64,000 bases of DNA from Ophelia neglecta. Taxonomy: Eukaryota. The stretch lies in NCBI GenBank assembly GCA_965285935.1, contig OZ260663.1, forward strand, positions 81,282,001 through 81,346,000. Reading direction: 5' to 3'. Shown in pieces: positions 61,896 through 64,000 of this stretch (positions within the stretch are counted from its first letter, which is position 1; every line of letters starts with the position of its first letter). The notes beneath the pieces are model-generated. The model was not told the origin of the DNA. It saw only the letters and a program-made list of their open reading frames with translations, and did not search any database. Both the position numbers and the translations under genes were made by a program.

Positions 61896-63443
61896 CTGTC
61901 AGTAAAATCAAATAGTTCGATGAAAAATAAGTAAATGTGAGTACGTAAAATTTAAAAATATTGTCTACTGGTTGCTCATGATATTTCGACTATTGTATTG
62001 TCCACATCTAAAGGGTATCTTTGTTCCAATAGACAATTACGGGCCTTGCTAAGTGGCCACACCTAATCAATAAGTTGTTTGGACAATAATTATGTAGTAA
62101 AGAGGAGTTAATTAGATATTGTGTTTAGTAATAAGACATATGAGGCGCTTAAACTCAGACGTGTGACCGCTTAACCACGTAGTTAAGACTTAACGCGGGG
62201 AGTCGCCATGGAATTTAGACTAGGGGTGGAGGGGGAGCGGAGGGGTGGGGGGGGGGGCAGGCGTGCTCTAGTGGAGGGTTGGGGAGAGGATACCACATAC
62301 ATGAATTGAAACCCGTTGTTTTCATTAAAGTTTGCGTTGTGATCCTACGATTGGACTGACCCCCCCCCCCCCCCGCACCCCGGCCCCGCCCCGCCGCCCA
62401 CGTTATAATATAAAGTCCGCCCCTATGACTGCTGATGGCAGGAAGGAGAAGTCGGTTAGGCTATGCCAGGCACGACTTGCATGCAAATAGCCCAACTCTG
62501 ACAATAGACTGGCTGATATTATATCAACTATAACATAAAGACTTTGCCACCCATTACAGACCGCCAATTCAGAGTGGGTACACCCTCATTGGCCGCTAAT
62601 AGACACCGCTTCATGGCAGTTTGATGCTTGCCTGTGTTATTAAAACAAGGAATATAGAAGCCCCGTACTCGTTCTCCCTTGTTCTCAAAGTGAATCTATT
62701 GACAAGAGGGAAAAACACATTTGCATGTAACCAGCGTGATTTTGTAGCCACGAATGCCGGGAATGGCCGAGCTTAACTTGCTCTAAGTAAGATATATCGG
62801 TAGCTGGCGTGTGAAAGATGGAGGGACCGGGCCGGGTGAAGCAGCGTTTTGTAGTGTGATGCCTTTAATCAGAAAGAAATCCGTTTCACCGATTTGTTGC
62901 AAGTGAGCTGATAGCCAAGAAACAGCAGCCTTGGCGAGATTAGACTAGAAAGAGAATCATCCAGCCAGACTATAAATAAATACTCGACCAACATTCTGAT
63001 TCTGTTTCCAGTGACGCAAACTGGGCCTAATGGAGACAACGCTAAGTGGAAATGTAGCGAGCGGGATTGGAAGCCTCTGAATTCTCCGTCAGCTTTATCG
63101 TCTGTCTTTTTGCAGGAAAGAGCACTTTATTGAAGGATATAAACGAGCTCTACTGGGTGAAAGGCGGATGTATACAGAAATATCGCAACCCACTATATCA
63201 GCAAGCTTCCGCTCTGCAGCAGTCCATCATCCTTGGCCTGAAGAGCATTTTGCCCGAGCCAGTCAGCCTTGACAGAACAACACTGGAAAACATCGCCGCG
63301 ACCAATCGGGCCGAGATTTGATGCCGTTGCCATTATGCCGGTAGACATGAACAGAATATCATTGGCCATAAAACAGCCACAATGAATGTTCAGAATGACA
63401 ACTATAAAAGGGGTATTAGGGTACTGAAGTGGATGGGACTTAC

Positions 63444-64000
63444 CGAGAAATCCGTTGGGTAGTTTAGAGTAGCCTGCTGACGGTGTGGCTAGCGAGCCCA
63501 CCCCTCCCATTGCCGAGCTGGCCAGCCCGTTTCTGTGGGCGGCAGGCCCGGCCATGGCTAAGGAGTTGCCCGACATCTGTCCTGTGCTGTTGCCCCCGCC
63601 GAGGGGATGTGAGAGCCCCGGGTAGTTGTAGCTGAGGCCGGCGTGCGACGAGGGGCTAGTGTAGGTACCGTTCATCCAGGGCTGAAAGCCGGGGTTGGTT
63701 GGCGAGGAGAAGGCCGTGTGTGTACCCATCTTGGTACCGCTGTGACTAGAGAGGCAGAGAGGCGACTTGCGCCCCATCGGAGGGGTGCTGGAAGTGGCCA
63801 CGTCGGCCAGCGACCATATCCGGGGCTTCTCGCTCAGGTGGTTAACCTGACCCACTTTTCCTACAGACGCCGACACCCCTCCTGGACCGGAAGCGTTAGA
63901 GTCCGTGTTTGAGCTGAGCGATGCGCATGCGCCGAGTCCTGGAGAGGTGCGGGAGGCCAGCGTGTGACTCTTTTGTAGGTGTGGGGAGAGCAGAGAGTCG
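63444..64000 (-). CDS. Irx: Iroquois (Irx) TALE-homeobox gene, IRO-box exon, 5'-truncated by the window edge (homeodomain outside the window)
   Basis: Frame is open from the window edge (DSLLSPHLQKSH...) through SEKPRIWSLADVATSS, the diagnostic IRO box (KP[KR]IWSLA), to ...KLPNGFL(G). Donor g|gtaagt at 63443. The ORF-track extension to 63193 is intron read-through. Confidence 0.95.

Noticed and set aside
63193-63443. C-terminal part of the 227-aa Irx ORF (KSHPLQYPNTPF...)
   Set aside because: It lies beyond a perfect GTAAGT donor, the composition changes, and a phase-matched downstream exon with the AFKPV motif exists.

Overview
This is metazoan (bilaterian invertebrate, probably lophotrochozoan-like) genomic DNA, not prokaryotic, and most of the supplied ORF track is noise. 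Two spliced genes converge tail-to-tail. On the + strand is the 3' part of the ankyrin-repeat gene Sowah (sosondowah): six phase-compatible exons at 447-519, 5956-6036, 11157-11192, 16425-16651, 28244-28338 and 34396-34480, separated by 5-12 kb introns. On the - strand is the 3' part of an Iroquois (Irx) TALE-homeobox gene: an IRO-box exon at 63444->64000, an exon at 61805-61895 carrying TAFKPVLK, and a 3' end near 58.8 kb. This matches the established Irx-Sowah genomic regulatory block. The Sowah introns and the ~24 kb intergenic spacer contain many non-coding blocks rich in homeodomain, TALE, Sox and TCF motifs that look like developmental enhancers. Other content: a ~4 kb G-rich composite minisatellite (related 35-, 45- and 17-bp units), a 19-bp minisatellite, decayed MITE-like inserts and a probable fossil tyrosine-recombinase (Crypton-like) element. 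There are also CTCF-like motifs and a visible CpG-poor to CpG-rich transition. The least expected observation is that three possible Sowah C-termini all end in class I PDZ-binding motifs. I found no rRNA, tRNA or CRISPR, and nothing I can honestly call a wholly new system. Family assignments rest on motif recognition by eye, not database searches.
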